Below, one piece after another: positions 40,201 to 48,966 of a stretch of DNA of 64,000 bases. Made by a program: the position numbers and the translations under genes. How positions within the stretch are numbered: position 1 is the stretch's first letter; each line of letters starts with the position of its first letter. Under the pieces are notes generated by a model, which was not told the origin of the DNA, made no database searches, and saw nothing but the letters and a program-made list of their open reading frames with translations. Location of the stretch: positions 1 through 64,000 of the forward strand of contig JAVRCV020000022.1 in assembly GCA_034530615.2 (NCBI GenBank), read 5' to 3'. The stretch is from Aulosira sp. ZfuVER01 (GTDB lineage Bacteria > Cyanobacteriota > Cyanobacteriia > Cyanobacteriales > Nostocaceae).

Positions 40201-41090
40201 ATAGAGAAACTATCAACAACCAGGAATTACCTCCAGCTAATCTACCTAGAAAATTAACAGCAGAATTACTTCATACTCTCACAGGGAAAAGCCTCAGTCG
40301 TGCTGCGGGTACAAGATTTTTAGGTGAAAGTGTCGCGAAAAAGTTGCGAGATGCACAACTGTACTTGGGTACAGAAGCAGTAGAAACCCGTTTAACAAGT
40401 AGTGAGTGTCCCAGTATCATGCTAATTGCCACTCACGGCTTATTTTTAAGCGACTCTGAGCGAGAATTAGGCGATCGCAAACGTAACTTATTGACTATAG
40501 ATCGTCTGCGAACAACCAAGGTAGAAAATCCCATGATGCGTTCTGGATTGGCTTTAGCGGGTGCTAACACATGGCTATTCGGTGGAACTCTCCCCCCAGA
40601 TGCAGGTAAAGGCTTTGTTTTTGCCCAAGATATCGCTAGTTTAGATTTGTGGGCTAATGAATTAACGGTTCTCTCTGCTTGTGATACCGCCAGAGGCGAT
40701 ATTAAAATTGGCGAAGGTGTGTTTGGTTTACGTCGTGCTTTTGCCGTAGCAGGATCGCAAACCCTGGTGATGAGCCTATGGCCAGTCCCTGATAAAGTAA
40801 CCGCCCTGTTGATGGAACGTTTTTTTGATAATTTACAGTCTGGTATGGGGCGTTCCACTGCGTTACATCAGTCTCAGGATTATATACGTATAATTACTGT
40901 AAAACAATTACGGCAATCGACCTTGGGTATTGAGGTACTAAAAGAACTTTTAAAAGTCAATGAATTATCAGCAGACACTCAGATTGATTGTCAAGAAGAA
41001 GACACGCCCTTGCAGCATCCTTTTTACTGGGGAGCCTGGATTTGTCAAGGAAATACGGAGTCACTAACAGTTAGGGCTATTTTCAGATAA
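37281..41090 (+). CDS. TPR-repeat plus CHAT (caspase-like) protease
   Basis: Many HP.VA.SLNNLA.LY..QG.Y TPR units; CHAT dyad LIATHG and VLSACDT; HPFYWGAW terminus. Confidence 0.93.
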   Translation: MKKLIKKLNQLNLQVVELAGEGNLEQAIIVAQQAVNIGETHQITENPEYCDSLNNLAELYRIQGSYLLAQPLYLQTLNLRKKLLGYEHPDVAQSLNNLAALYHAQGNYVEAEKLFLESLELWKHIFGESHFQIATNLNNLAEIYREQGKYFQAEQVHLEVLAMRKRLFGESHPDIAQTLNNLANIYTTQGRYADAERMHLEALAMKQSLFGDTHPEIAVSLNNLAALYDSQGRYLEAEEKFLEILDKWQKILPNEHPYIASTLNNLASNYKEQGRYREAEQIYLQALAMRKCLLGNLHPDVAVSLSNLAEVYLSQGRYEQAEQLYLAAHEMRKQLFTDEHLDIADSLRNIAVVYTFQGRYDQAEQKYLEVLPILENFLGLEHPVIAEHFINLAALYEEQGRYSQAEQKYLAALEIQRNIFGHEHPEIAHTFNQIAVLYRLQGRYAESEQLHLECLAMTKRLLGEQHPFAAVILNNLAVLYDDLTQYQKAESLFLQALAIVKTAFGTAHPQVATTMNNLAVIYDFQGRYQESEKLHLETLKLRKSLLGEEHPKVSISLNNLAELYFSQGRFAEAEQKYVETLAMRKRLLGEEHPDVAFSMNNLATVLAATNRPEAALDYRIQASLINDKIIRNIFAFSSESDRLAFLQKIRNNFDLFLSLVYNHLSDSNHAKLAAIDFVLKRKGLTASALAAQNQALYSGRYPQLQEKFRQLSDLNTRLVHLTFSVPQTDETATPEKTSRQFTAYRENLTQLQAQYNYLQKQLALQVPEIQLSEQTFDREAIATALPPDSILIEFVRFDVFDFQAIAANGETQWYPPRYLAFILKAGQPDAVQTIDLGAADTIDSLIQIFRLEASDYAQPTLALRKTKDKPTLHIKAYDSTAAIQLSQLLFAPIREFVKDCRHLIIAPDGNLNLVPFQILPIDSTGQRLLMDEYTISYLSVGREILRTKVQPLTRSISAPLILADPDFDLTADLDRETINNQELPPANLPRKLTAELLHTLTGKSLSRAAGTRFLGESVAKKLRDAQLYLGTEAVETRLTSSECPSIMLIATHGLFLSDSERELGDRKRNLLTIDRLRTTKVENPMMRSGLALAGANTWLFGGTLPPDAGKGFVFAQDIASLDLWANELTVLSACDTARGDIKIGEGVFGLRRAFAVAGSQTLVMSLWPVPDKVTALLMERFFDNLQSGMGRSTALHQSQDYIRIITVKQLRQSTLGIEVLKELLKVNELSADTQIDCQEEDTPLQHPFYWGAWICQGNTESLTVRAIFR

Positions 41091-41280
41091 AAAGATTATT
41101 TCTGCTTCTAAGTACTTTGGGAGTAAATCAAGTAGTTTATTATTTTAAGCAATATTACGTAGATAAGCAAGGAGATTAAGCTTTTTGTTTATTCAACCTT
41201 GACATTTCAACTTTTTCTACAGATATAATTATAGATGAAATTAAATAAAACCAGAAAAGTGAAAATTAAATATTCAACCT

Positions 41281-41310
41281 AAGCCGGGGATGTAAGTCTC
41301 CGGCTTTTTT
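41281..41310 (+). terminator. Intrinsic terminator-like hairpin
   Basis: AAGCCGGGGA-TGTAAG-TCTCCGGCTT followed by a T-run. Confidence 0.55.
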
Positions 41311-41401
41311 GGTAAGTCAACAAAAATCCTAATAAATGTCAAATTAATTGAGGATATTAGCCCCATAACTACTTGCAACAAATTAGTAATTTATTAAGAA
41401 A

Positions 41402-42268
41402 ATGAATCAAAAAACAATTCCCCTACAGGCAGAAGAACTTAAACCAGGTATTTACAATCCAAAAATCTGGAGATTGAATGTACAAGGTAAAGAAAAGCCT
41501 AGCCAAAACGACTATATTCAAGCGTTTGGACTTTTACCAGATTTTGTTCTCCAGGCTAATGCAATTTTAATCTCTGAGCAAAAGGAGAGGGATTTAGGAG
41601 TATTAATTTCGTCTCATCGAGATGCTTTTAAGGCTATACATAAGTGGTTAGTTCACTTTGATAGCACTATCAATAATAGCTCTTCCGTTGATCCACCAGA
41701 GCTACATTTTAGTTGGGAGTTTGACTATAAACCCCATGCTAAACAATCTTGGGCTTTGCTAAATCTTTGCAGAGAAATTCTCAAACGCGACCAATTTGGA
41801 TGGAAGGAGTCAATTAAACATCTTTCTGCTGCTGAACTTTGGTTTAGCTGCGAATTTGAGAAATTGGAGAATACTTTGACAAGAACAGGAATTTTAGGAA
41901 CAAGTACTTGGAGGGGAAAAAATTCTGACTGTGATGCAATGTCAAAACGAATCGCCGAAAACTTTAATTCTCTTCCTTCACGAAGATTTGCAGAAGCTTG
42001 TAACTTTCCGGAACATCAAATTCAAAGTTGGGATTCTACAGACGAAGCTATCAGAGTACACGCTGAAAAAATTGCACAACAGGATATTGAGTTTAGTATT
42101 ATCTACCATGACTACATCAAGATTCGGAAACAGACTCTCAGAAGTATTCGCAATAATCCCAATCTACAGTTTGCTGCTTTAGGAGAAAATGGTCTTCTAT
42201 CTGTCGGTGGAAAGGGTAAGCGAGGCAAAGGTCGAAAACCTTCAAAGGGGTTTTGTAAACAAAAGTAA
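41402..42268 (+). CDS. Hypothetical protein with basic C-terminal tail
   Basis: 288-aa ORF with no recognisable motif; followed by hairpin AAATCTGCTCTGA...TCAGAGCAGATTT. Confidence 0.65.
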   Translation: MNQKTIPLQAEELKPGIYNPKIWRLNVQGKEKPSQNDYIQAFGLLPDFVLQANAILISEQKERDLGVLISSHRDAFKAIHKWLVHFDSTINNSSSVDPPELHFSWEFDYKPHAKQSWALLNLCREILKRDQFGWKESIKHLSAAELWFSCEFEKLENTLTRTGILGTSTWRGKNSDCDAMSKRIAENFNSLPSRRFAEACNFPEHQIQSWDSTDEAIRVHAEKIAQQDIEFSIIYHDYIKIRKQTLRSIRNNPNLQFAALGENGLLSVGGKGKRGKGRKPSKGFCKQK

Positions 42269-42583
42269 CAAGTTTCAAAAAAGATGCACAAAGGATGAAA
42301 TTTAAAATCTGCTCTGACAAGCTAGTTTCAGAGCAGATTTTTTTAGGAGGTGACACAAACGAGTAAATAATAGTTTTTGTTTTCTAATTTCTATTTGGAA
42401 TTGACGGACAAAATAGATTGTAAAGGAGTAGTTTAAACATGAAATAATCCCTTGACTTGACTAGCTTTTGTGCATAACCAGCAGGAAGTGGATAAGCACA
42501 AAAATCTGCTAATATTTTCGTATTAATTAAGCATCAATATGAATGGATACCGAATAAACTTAACTCAATGAGAAAGGAGGAAA

Positions 42584-44125
42584 ATGATCATTGAATTAGA
42601 AAAAACCAAAATAATAGTTGGTTATGCTAGAGTTTCTTCTCGTGAACAAGCCGTTGATTCTCATGCCTTGGAACAACAGATAGCAAGACTTAAAGCAGCC
42701 GGAGCAACCGAAATATTTCAAGATATTCAATCTGGTAGTAAGGATAACAGACCTGCTTTGAAAGAATTGATGAAATCAATCATCGAAGGGAAGACGGATG
42801 AAGTCATCATCACTAGAATAGATAGGATTGCAAGGTCTTTACCAAAGCTACGAGAATGTATAGAAATTTTTGTAACTACTGGAGTAAATCTCCAAATTCT
42901 AGACCAGCAAATTGATTTGACGACATCCCAAGGCAAATTAATGGTTAATTTATTAGGCTCTCTTGCCGAATGGGAAACTGACCTTCTATCAGAACGAGTA
43001 CGTCATGGTAAAAAGTACCGTCGCGATAAAAAAGCAGCTAGCGAATCGTATCCTTGGGGCTATAAAACTGTTAACGATCAATATCAACTCAATGAAGCTC
43101 CATTTCTCTGTCTCATATCCAATAGACCATCTAATTATCGCGAACTTTACCAGGAAACAGATGTAACAAAACTAAATGGTTTAACAGTCAAGGAGATTGC
43201 CAGAGATTGCATTGATATTTTTTTTGATGCTAAAGGAGCTACTAGAGCTTTAAAAGTCATATTTCAAAAATATGGTTTAGCTAAAATCAATTATCGGAGA
43301 ACTGGTAGCGATGGGAAATTGCATTGGACAGTTACAGGATTTATTTGGTGGTTAAGTAATCCTGTGTTATGTGGTCATACTGCCTATCGGCAACGAATTA
43401 ATCTAGGGAAAGGTAAAAGAAAGAAGAATCAACGCGAAAACTGGGAATTTATCTATAATACACATCCTGAACACAGACTCATTACTGATGAAGAATACTT
43501 AGAAATTCAGCGCATACTCAAGTTTAATAACAAGAAAGGGCCAATCGCAAATCCAGAAATTGATGGGACTAACTCATATCGAGAATATGCGTATCAAAGT
43601 GGGCTTGTTTTTTGTGCTGAATGTGGTTCTAAATGCATTACTAAAAGTGCTAAACGTAGAGACGGAGGAAAATATTACTACTTTGCCTGTAGATACGCAG
43701 GTATGGGATGTAAAAATCTCATATCTACTCGGAAACAAAATATTGAGGATGTTCTGATTCAGACTTTAGTGCAACGTTCTCAGACTCTCGCAAGTGAGTC
43801 AGAACAATCTCCCTTACCACAGGAAAAGTCAGAGAAGTTAAAGGAATTGGAGTCTAGACTAGATGCTCTCAACAGAATTCCGGGTTTTGATCCAGACTTG
43901 GAAAACCTTAAGGCTAAGGTTCGTCAGCAAATAGAGGAGGAAATTAATCCTTTTATCTCTGATTCTATTTTGAATAAAAGTACAGAGGAAATTATTCGTG
44001 CAGGGAATAATTTGGCAATCTGGCACACACTTTCGCCTGATGATAAGGTCAAAATTTTTCCGCAGATTGTCCATAGGATCGCCGTCCAGAACAAAGAAGT
44101 TAAAGAAGTTACTCTCAAAATTTGA
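42584..44125 (+). CDS. Large serine recombinase (XisF-like paralog)
   Basis: GYARVSS catalytic Ser, TRIDRIAR, PWGY, recombinase domain, Zn ribbon CAEC...YFAC...C; AGGAGG RBS. Confidence 0.93.
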   Translation: MIIELEKTKIIVGYARVSSREQAVDSHALEQQIARLKAAGATEIFQDIQSGSKDNRPALKELMKSIIEGKTDEVIITRIDRIARSLPKLRECIEIFVTTGVNLQILDQQIDLTTSQGKLMVNLLGSLAEWETDLLSERVRHGKKYRRDKKAASESYPWGYKTVNDQYQLNEAPFLCLISNRPSNYRELYQETDVTKLNGLTVKEIARDCIDIFFDAKGATRALKVIFQKYGLAKINYRRTGSDGKLHWTVTGFIWWLSNPVLCGHTAYRQRINLGKGKRKKNQRENWEFIYNTHPEHRLITDEEYLEIQRILKFNNKKGPIANPEIDGTNSYREYAYQSGLVFCAECGSKCITKSAKRRDGGKYYYFACRYAGMGCKNLISTRKQNIEDVLIQTLVQRSQTLASESEQSPLPQEKSEKLKELESRLDALNRIPGFDPDLENLKAKVRQQIEEEINPFISDSILNKSTEEIIRAGNNLAIWHTLSPDDKVKIFPQIVHRIAVQNKEVKEVTLKI

Positions 44126-44147
44126 AGGTTTATTCCAATTTGGCATT

Positions 44148-44528
44148 ATGAACACTCAAAAAATTTTCGATTTCAATAAACTTAGATGCGAAGTTGCTAT
44201 GCAACAAGCTCTACAGGAATGGCAACCACAGCCTAGAACTTATGGTATTGGATGTCCCAGGTGCAATCCCACTCGGCTTGTGAAAATTGGTAGACTTGAT
44301 GGAATACAAAAATATGTATGTAATGACTGCGATCGCACTTTTAAAGAAAAACCAAGATTTGTATGTGAATGTTTAATCCCAGGAACTCAGGTAAAGTGCC
44401 AATCATGTCCTCAGTTCAAGGAGTTTTTAGGCATAGTCAAGCAACAGATAGATGAATTGCGTTCTTTGAGCTTTCAGGAGTTAGAAAACCTCCAATCTTC
44501 TTATACTGTGGCTGAAACACTTGATTAA
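44148..44528 (+). CDS. Zn-ribbon protein (IS1 InsA-like ribbon plus extra Cys cluster)
   Basis: CPRC...KIG...G.QKYVCNDC.RTF, then CEC...CQSC. Confidence 0.65.
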   Translation: MNTQKIFDFNKLRCEVAMQQALQEWQPQPRTYGIGCPRCNPTRLVKIGRLDGIQKYVCNDCDRTFKEKPRFVCECLIPGTQVKCQSCPQFKEFLGIVKQQIDELRSLSFQELENLQSSYTVAETLD

Positions 44529-44815
44529 TATAGTTACTCAAGTACAATTCATGACTCAATTGTTTAAAGTCGCTACGTAACACCTAGTTCTTTAACAGGG
44601 TTGCATCTCCTCGAAAAATTTCTGCAACGCAAATACTTCTACTATTAAACTGCGCATTACCCTATCTCAAGTGCTGTAGTCCTGTGGTTATCTCTTCAGT
44701 TCCTCTATCTCAGCTACTTCTAACATTTTGTTCTCTCCAAACATTCTGCTTGCAAGCGATCGCTTGCGATGAACAAAAAAAATTTCAACTTTCGCTATCC
44801 TCAAATTAACAAACA

Positions 44816-44956
44816 ATGATACTTATGGCTTACGAATCTTGGTCACAAGTGGTAATTCGCACAGTTTTGGAATGGGAGAAACGTAAAGCCGAGCTACAAT
44901 CAACCTCGGCTATTCCAGAACAAGAAAAAACAAAGTCCAAAAACAAAACTGCATAG
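44816..44956 (+). CDS. Possible small protein (46 aa)
   Basis: MILMAYESWSQVVIRTVLEWEKRKAELQ...; below the ORF-track cutoff; amphipathic helix-like. Confidence 0.35.
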   Translation: MILMAYESWSQVVIRTVLEWEKRKAELQSTSAIPEQEKTKSKNKTA

Positions 44957-44995
44957 TAACGATACTGGCGTTGCTGAATGAAGGGATGAATCGAT

Positions 44996-45067
44996 ATGTC
45001 ACAGAGATTCGTGTATACGCCTTCGGGGGATGCGGTCGAGATTGGGGAAATGATGGAGAGGTATCCT
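44996..45067 (+). pseudogene. Remnant of the 3' end of a paralog of the Rep-like gene 12491-13555
   Basis: 57/72 nt identity to 13472-13543; MSQRFVYTPSGDAVEIGEMMERYP vs MSQGFVYTPSGDAVKIEEMMSQYP. Confidence 0.75.
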
Positions 45068-45386
45068 ATTATGGGCTTGGTTTGCCAGTCTTAAGCGATC
45101 GCATCAAAAATCACTAGCGAAACATCATTACCCACCATCCCATTTGAGAGACGCGATACATTGCCTATTCCAAAAAATGCAGCGTTATCTCAGTTGCGAT
45201 CGCATATTTGATAAACTGGTTTTAATGATGAGGTACACCCAAAAGCAATCGCATTTTCACTCCATCTTAATTGCGATCGCCAGCAAACTGAATCCTTCTG
45301 GCTAGCTCTTCCAAAAAGAAGTTACAATCAGATGATTGTCTGACAAAGCTAATTAGTTCTCATCTGGAAACAGACTGGAGACTTTT

Positions 45387-45983
45387 ATGACCCCAGCAAC
45401 AATAGCAACACTTACAAAAGAATTACCCCTGTTGTTTGAGGTACTGACCTGGAGAGAGTTTAAAGCCGTTGAGCAGTTGTTAGACCGTCCAGGATATCGG
45501 TTGTCTTTCCTGGATGGTGTTTTGGAGATACGCAGAATGCCTGGAGAACCACACGAAACCGTTAAGGAAAGGATCGGCGCACTGTTGGAGCTTTACCTTT
45601 TGATGGCAGGATTTGACTTTACTCCAACTGGCTCAATGACTTTGGAGAGTGAATCGGGTGCTGTCAAGCGAGAGGCAGATAAATCCTATAAACTGGCTCC
45701 AGGTCGAGTGCGTCCTGATTTAGTAATTGAGGTGGTGTTTACCAGTGGCGGAATCGACAAGCTAGAGGCATATAAGCGGCTAAAGATTCCAGAGGTATGG
45801 TTTTGGGAAGATGGTGTGTTAGAAGTCTATCACCTGCGCTATGAGGGCAATGCGCTTCACTATGAAAGAGTTACCAATAGTGAGGAATTAAAAGGGATTG
45901 ATCTAGATTTGTTATTACGCTGCATTAATATGGTGAATCATGTGGATGCGATCAAGACTTTTCAACAGGCGCTGGTGAAATAG
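45387..45983 (+). CDS. Uma2 family protein
   Basis: DGVLEI, EADKSY, PDLVIEVVFTSG and IPEVWFW motifs. Confidence 0.9.
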   Translation: MTPATIATLTKELPLLFEVLTWREFKAVEQLLDRPGYRLSFLDGVLEIRRMPGEPHETVKERIGALLELYLLMAGFDFTPTGSMTLESESGAVKREADKSYKLAPGRVRPDLVIEVVFTSGGIDKLEAYKRLKIPEVWFWEDGVLEVYHLRYEGNALHYERVTNSEELKGIDLDLLLRCINMVNHVDAIKTFQQALVK

Positions 45984-46009
45984 CAATCTGTTGTTTGATA
46001 TCAAAAACT

Positions 46010-46588
46010 CTATTCTGCTTCTGATTCCAATACAACCCCTTCATACAGAAGTGCGATCGCAAATTCAAATTCGATGCTGGATAGGGTAATAATATCTCCC
46101 TCAGTGTAGGGGTAGTAAAGCCACATTCTTCCCTCTCCGCGACAGTAGCGTTCAATGGAGATTGTTTCGGAATCTATCAATAAATATTCTTGTAAAGAAG
46201 GCATTTTCAGATAATTAGTGAATTTTTCGCCCCTATCTTTACTGCTTGTACCAGGGGAGAGAACTTCGGCAATTATTTTTGGGTTTTGAATAAATTTCCG
46301 AGCATTGAGGTCTTGAGGGTCGCAGCTGACAACAACATCAGGATAATAATAAGGACTTTGAGGTGTAACTTGCACTTTCACATCCAACACATTTACTCGG
46401 CAACCTCTAGCACTTAAATGTGGATATAAGGCTCTATAAAAATTAAGTGCAATGTCATTGTGGGGAATTGTACCACCTGTCATCGCAAAAACTTCGCCGT
46501 TGACGTATTCGTAGCGAAGGTCTTGCTGGGGTTCCCATGCGAGATATTCCTTGATGGTCATTTTTTGTGGTTGTTGGGAGCCTACCAT
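46010..46588 (-). CDS. Uma2 family protein
   Basis: RYEYVNGEVFAMTGG, YYPDVVVSC, EVLSPGT and LQEYLLID motifs. Confidence 0.9.
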   Translation of the reverse strand: MVGSQQPQKMTIKEYLAWEPQQDLRYEYVNGEVFAMTGGTIPHNDIALNFYRALYPHLSARGCRVNVLDVKVQVTPQSPYYYPDVVVSCDPQDLNARKFIQNPKIIAEVLSPGTSSKDRGEKFTNYLKMPSLQEYLLIDSETISIERYCRGEGRMWLYYPYTEGDIITLSSIEFEFAIALLYEGVVLESEAE

Positions 46589-46886
46589 AGCAAGATTTTT
46601 CGAGTTTGTTTTGATTTTAGCTTGGAGGGTATGGGAACAAGCACGAACTGCCTGAGTTTGCCTTTTGGTAGCGCATGACCTTGGTTAAAATTCAGATGTA
46701 TACCTGAAGTAGTTCTTACAACAAGGCTAGAAAAAGCGATCGCTATGACTACAGCAACCAAAAAGCTCGACTGTATCCTATGCATTTTCGATATGCTGGA
46801 TCTAGAAAAGCAGTCAGCAGATTTATTGGGAGGTATGTTTGACAAAGATCAACTTTCCTTTATGTATCTGGTTAAAACAGTACCGT

Positions 46887-47417
46887 ATGGTTGTTAGTGG
46901 TATGCTACTAGCGATAGCCATCACAGGCTGTAATAACTCTGGCACATCACAACTATCTTCTGTGAATAGCCCATCGGTTGCCCATATATCAGACACATCT
47001 AGTCCAACTTCCTCACCAGTGTCTCCCACACCAAACACTGCTGATAAGCCACTTAAGCAAGAAGCAGTTCGAGTCATTCGTGACTATTACAGTGCAATCG
47101 CTCGTCACGACTATAAACAAGCCTACTCAGCTTGGCAAGGAGATGGCGCTGCTAGCCAACAATCATTTGAGCAGTTTCAGCAGGGTTTTGCTAATACCGC
47201 ATCTGTTGCTGTAGAGGTTGGAGAACCAGGTATATTAGAAGGGGCAGCAGGTTCACTGTACATTAATATTCCGGTTACTGTTACTGCCGTCACTGCTAAT
47301 GGAACGCCGCAGCGATTTCGCGGTAGCTATGTGTTACAGCGAGTGAATAATGTTCCTGGCTCAACTCCAGAGCAGCGTCAATGGCATATATACTCAGCGA
47401 AGATTACTCAAGTGTAA
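46887..47417 (+). CDS. Putative lipoprotein
   Basis: Lipobox-like AIAITGC after a hydrophobic stretch; Ser/Pro linker; YYSAI..DY..AY..W and EGAAGS domain; alternative start at 46839. Confidence 0.7.
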   Translation: MVVSGMLLAIAITGCNNSGTSQLSSVNSPSVAHISDTSSPTSSPVSPTPNTADKPLKQEAVRVIRDYYSAIARHDYKQAYSAWQGDGAASQQSFEQFQQGFANTASVAVEVGEPGILEGAAGSLYINIPVTVTAVTANGTPQRFRGSYVLQRVNNVPGSTPEQRQWHIYSAKITQV

Positions 47418-47740
47418 TTAGGGAACTCCAAAAAATAAATTATTTCCATTTCTGCACTACATCACTGTTTCGCTCCTCTAAGACTACTTAAACAATTCAA
47501 GAATGAATTTCGCACTTTAACTAAGCCAGTGGCGTAATGGCAAAAGCCGATCAATTGAGTAAATCTGTTTACAGATATTGTTTAATATACTTAATGGAGT
47601 TATCCACTTTACCTTTATCATTAGCAACGCTTAATGATAAAGGTAATTGCACATTGATTGCACTTTTATACTTACTTAATTCCAAAATTGAATTGTCCGA
47701 TCAGTTTAAAGTATTACTCGTCCGGTCATTTAGGTATCTT

Positions 47741-48556
47741 ATGAAAAAATTGATTAGAGGCTTAAGAGAATTCAAAAGTAGTTATTTTAGTGCTAATGAA
47801 GAACTGTTTGAACAACTTTCTCATGGTCAAAAGCCTAGGGTACTATTTATTACTTGTTCAGATTCGCGTATAGATCCAAACCTGATTACACAAGCCGGGT
47901 TAGGTGAATTATTTGTTATTCGCAATGCAGGCAACATTATTCCACCATTTGGTGCTACTAATGGCGGTGAAGGTGCAACAATTGAATATGCTATTCAAGC
48001 ATTAGATATTCAACAAATTATTGTCTGTGGCCACTCACATTGTGGTGCCATGAAAGGGTTAATGAAGTTAGACAGCTTGCGGGTAGAAATGCCGCTTGTA
48101 CATGACTGGCTCAAGTATGCAGAAGCAACCCGACGGCTGGTGAAAGACAACTACAGCCACTACGAAGGGGAAGAACTTTTAGAAATAATTATTGCTGAAA
48201 ATGTACTCACCCAAATCGAAAATCTACGGACTTATCCGGTGATTCGCTCTAAACTCTACCAAGGAAAACTTAGTATTTATGCTTGGATTTACCAAATTGA
48301 GGCAGGAGAAATTTTGGCATACGACCCACAAAAGCACGCCTATGTTTTGCTCCAACATCAGCTTCCTCCATCAGAGATAGATGATACGTTACTTAGCCCA
48401 TCTTTAACTGGCAATGTGGAAATAGATTCTGTTGAAACTCAACAACAAGCGTATCTATTACCCCGGGAACTCCCTAGTTCGGAACATGAATGGTTTCCAA
48501 TGACAGTGCTATCTCCAGAACAAATGGAGCGAATTTATCGAGGCTCAACAACATAG
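47741..48556 (+). CDS. ccaA: Beta-class carbonic anhydrase, CcaA/IcfA-like
   Basis: CSDSR, RNAGN and HSHCG zinc motifs; C-terminal LSPEQMERIYRGS resembles the CcmM-binding tail of CcaA. Confidence 0.85.
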   Translation: MKKLIRGLREFKSSYFSANEELFEQLSHGQKPRVLFITCSDSRIDPNLITQAGLGELFVIRNAGNIIPPFGATNGGEGATIEYAIQALDIQQIIVCGHSHCGAMKGLMKLDSLRVEMPLVHDWLKYAEATRRLVKDNYSHYEGEELLEIIIAENVLTQIENLRTYPVIRSKLYQGKLSIYAWIYQIEAGEILAYDPQKHAYVLLQHQLPPSEIDDTLLSPSLTGNVEIDSVETQQQAYLLPRELPSSEHEWFPMTVLSPEQMERIYRGSTT

Positions 48557-48569
48557 TAGTAATTTCCAA

Positions 48570-48909
48570 ATGGCTACAAGCGATCGCAGTTGCAGATGGA
48601 AATGTTACTTGGCAATTTGCTTAGTGATCGGGGAAGCGATCGCCTTTTGCAATTCTGCACTAGCCCAAATCGCACCTGATCGCCAATGGTTCTCAAATAG
48701 AGGCAAGTACTTTGGGGTCACAAGCTGGCGGAACTTTAGCGATCAATGCTAGTGAGCGGTTGGATGTTAGTGGTACATCTGTTGAAGGTCATTCCACTGG
48801 CTTAGGTGCTATTGTTTACCCAGGAGCAACTGGGAATGCCGGAGATTTGAAAATTAACACAGGTGAGTTGCTGATTCGAGATGGGGCAGAGGTAGGGGAG
48901 GAAATGTGA
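48570..48909 (+). pseudogene. Internally deleted remnant of a filamentous-haemagglutinin-like exoprotein gene
   Basis: Signal-like N-terminus ending ALAQIAPD, then out-of-frame AGGTLAINASE..GATGNAGDLKINTGELLIRDGA repeat. Confidence 0.65.
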
Positions 48910-48966
48910 CAGTCACAGCAAACAAAATTCAATTGATTGGTACGTTTAGCAGTGCGATCGCAATAT

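Noticed and set aside
37281..41090. Assignment as type III-E Csx29
   Set aside because: No Cas7-11, Csx30 or Csx31 present; the locus is multi-subunit III-A, so only a tentative link is kept as a finding
44148..44528. IS1 element
   Set aside because: Only an InsA-like Zn ribbon; no DDE InsB frame or terminal inverted repeats found
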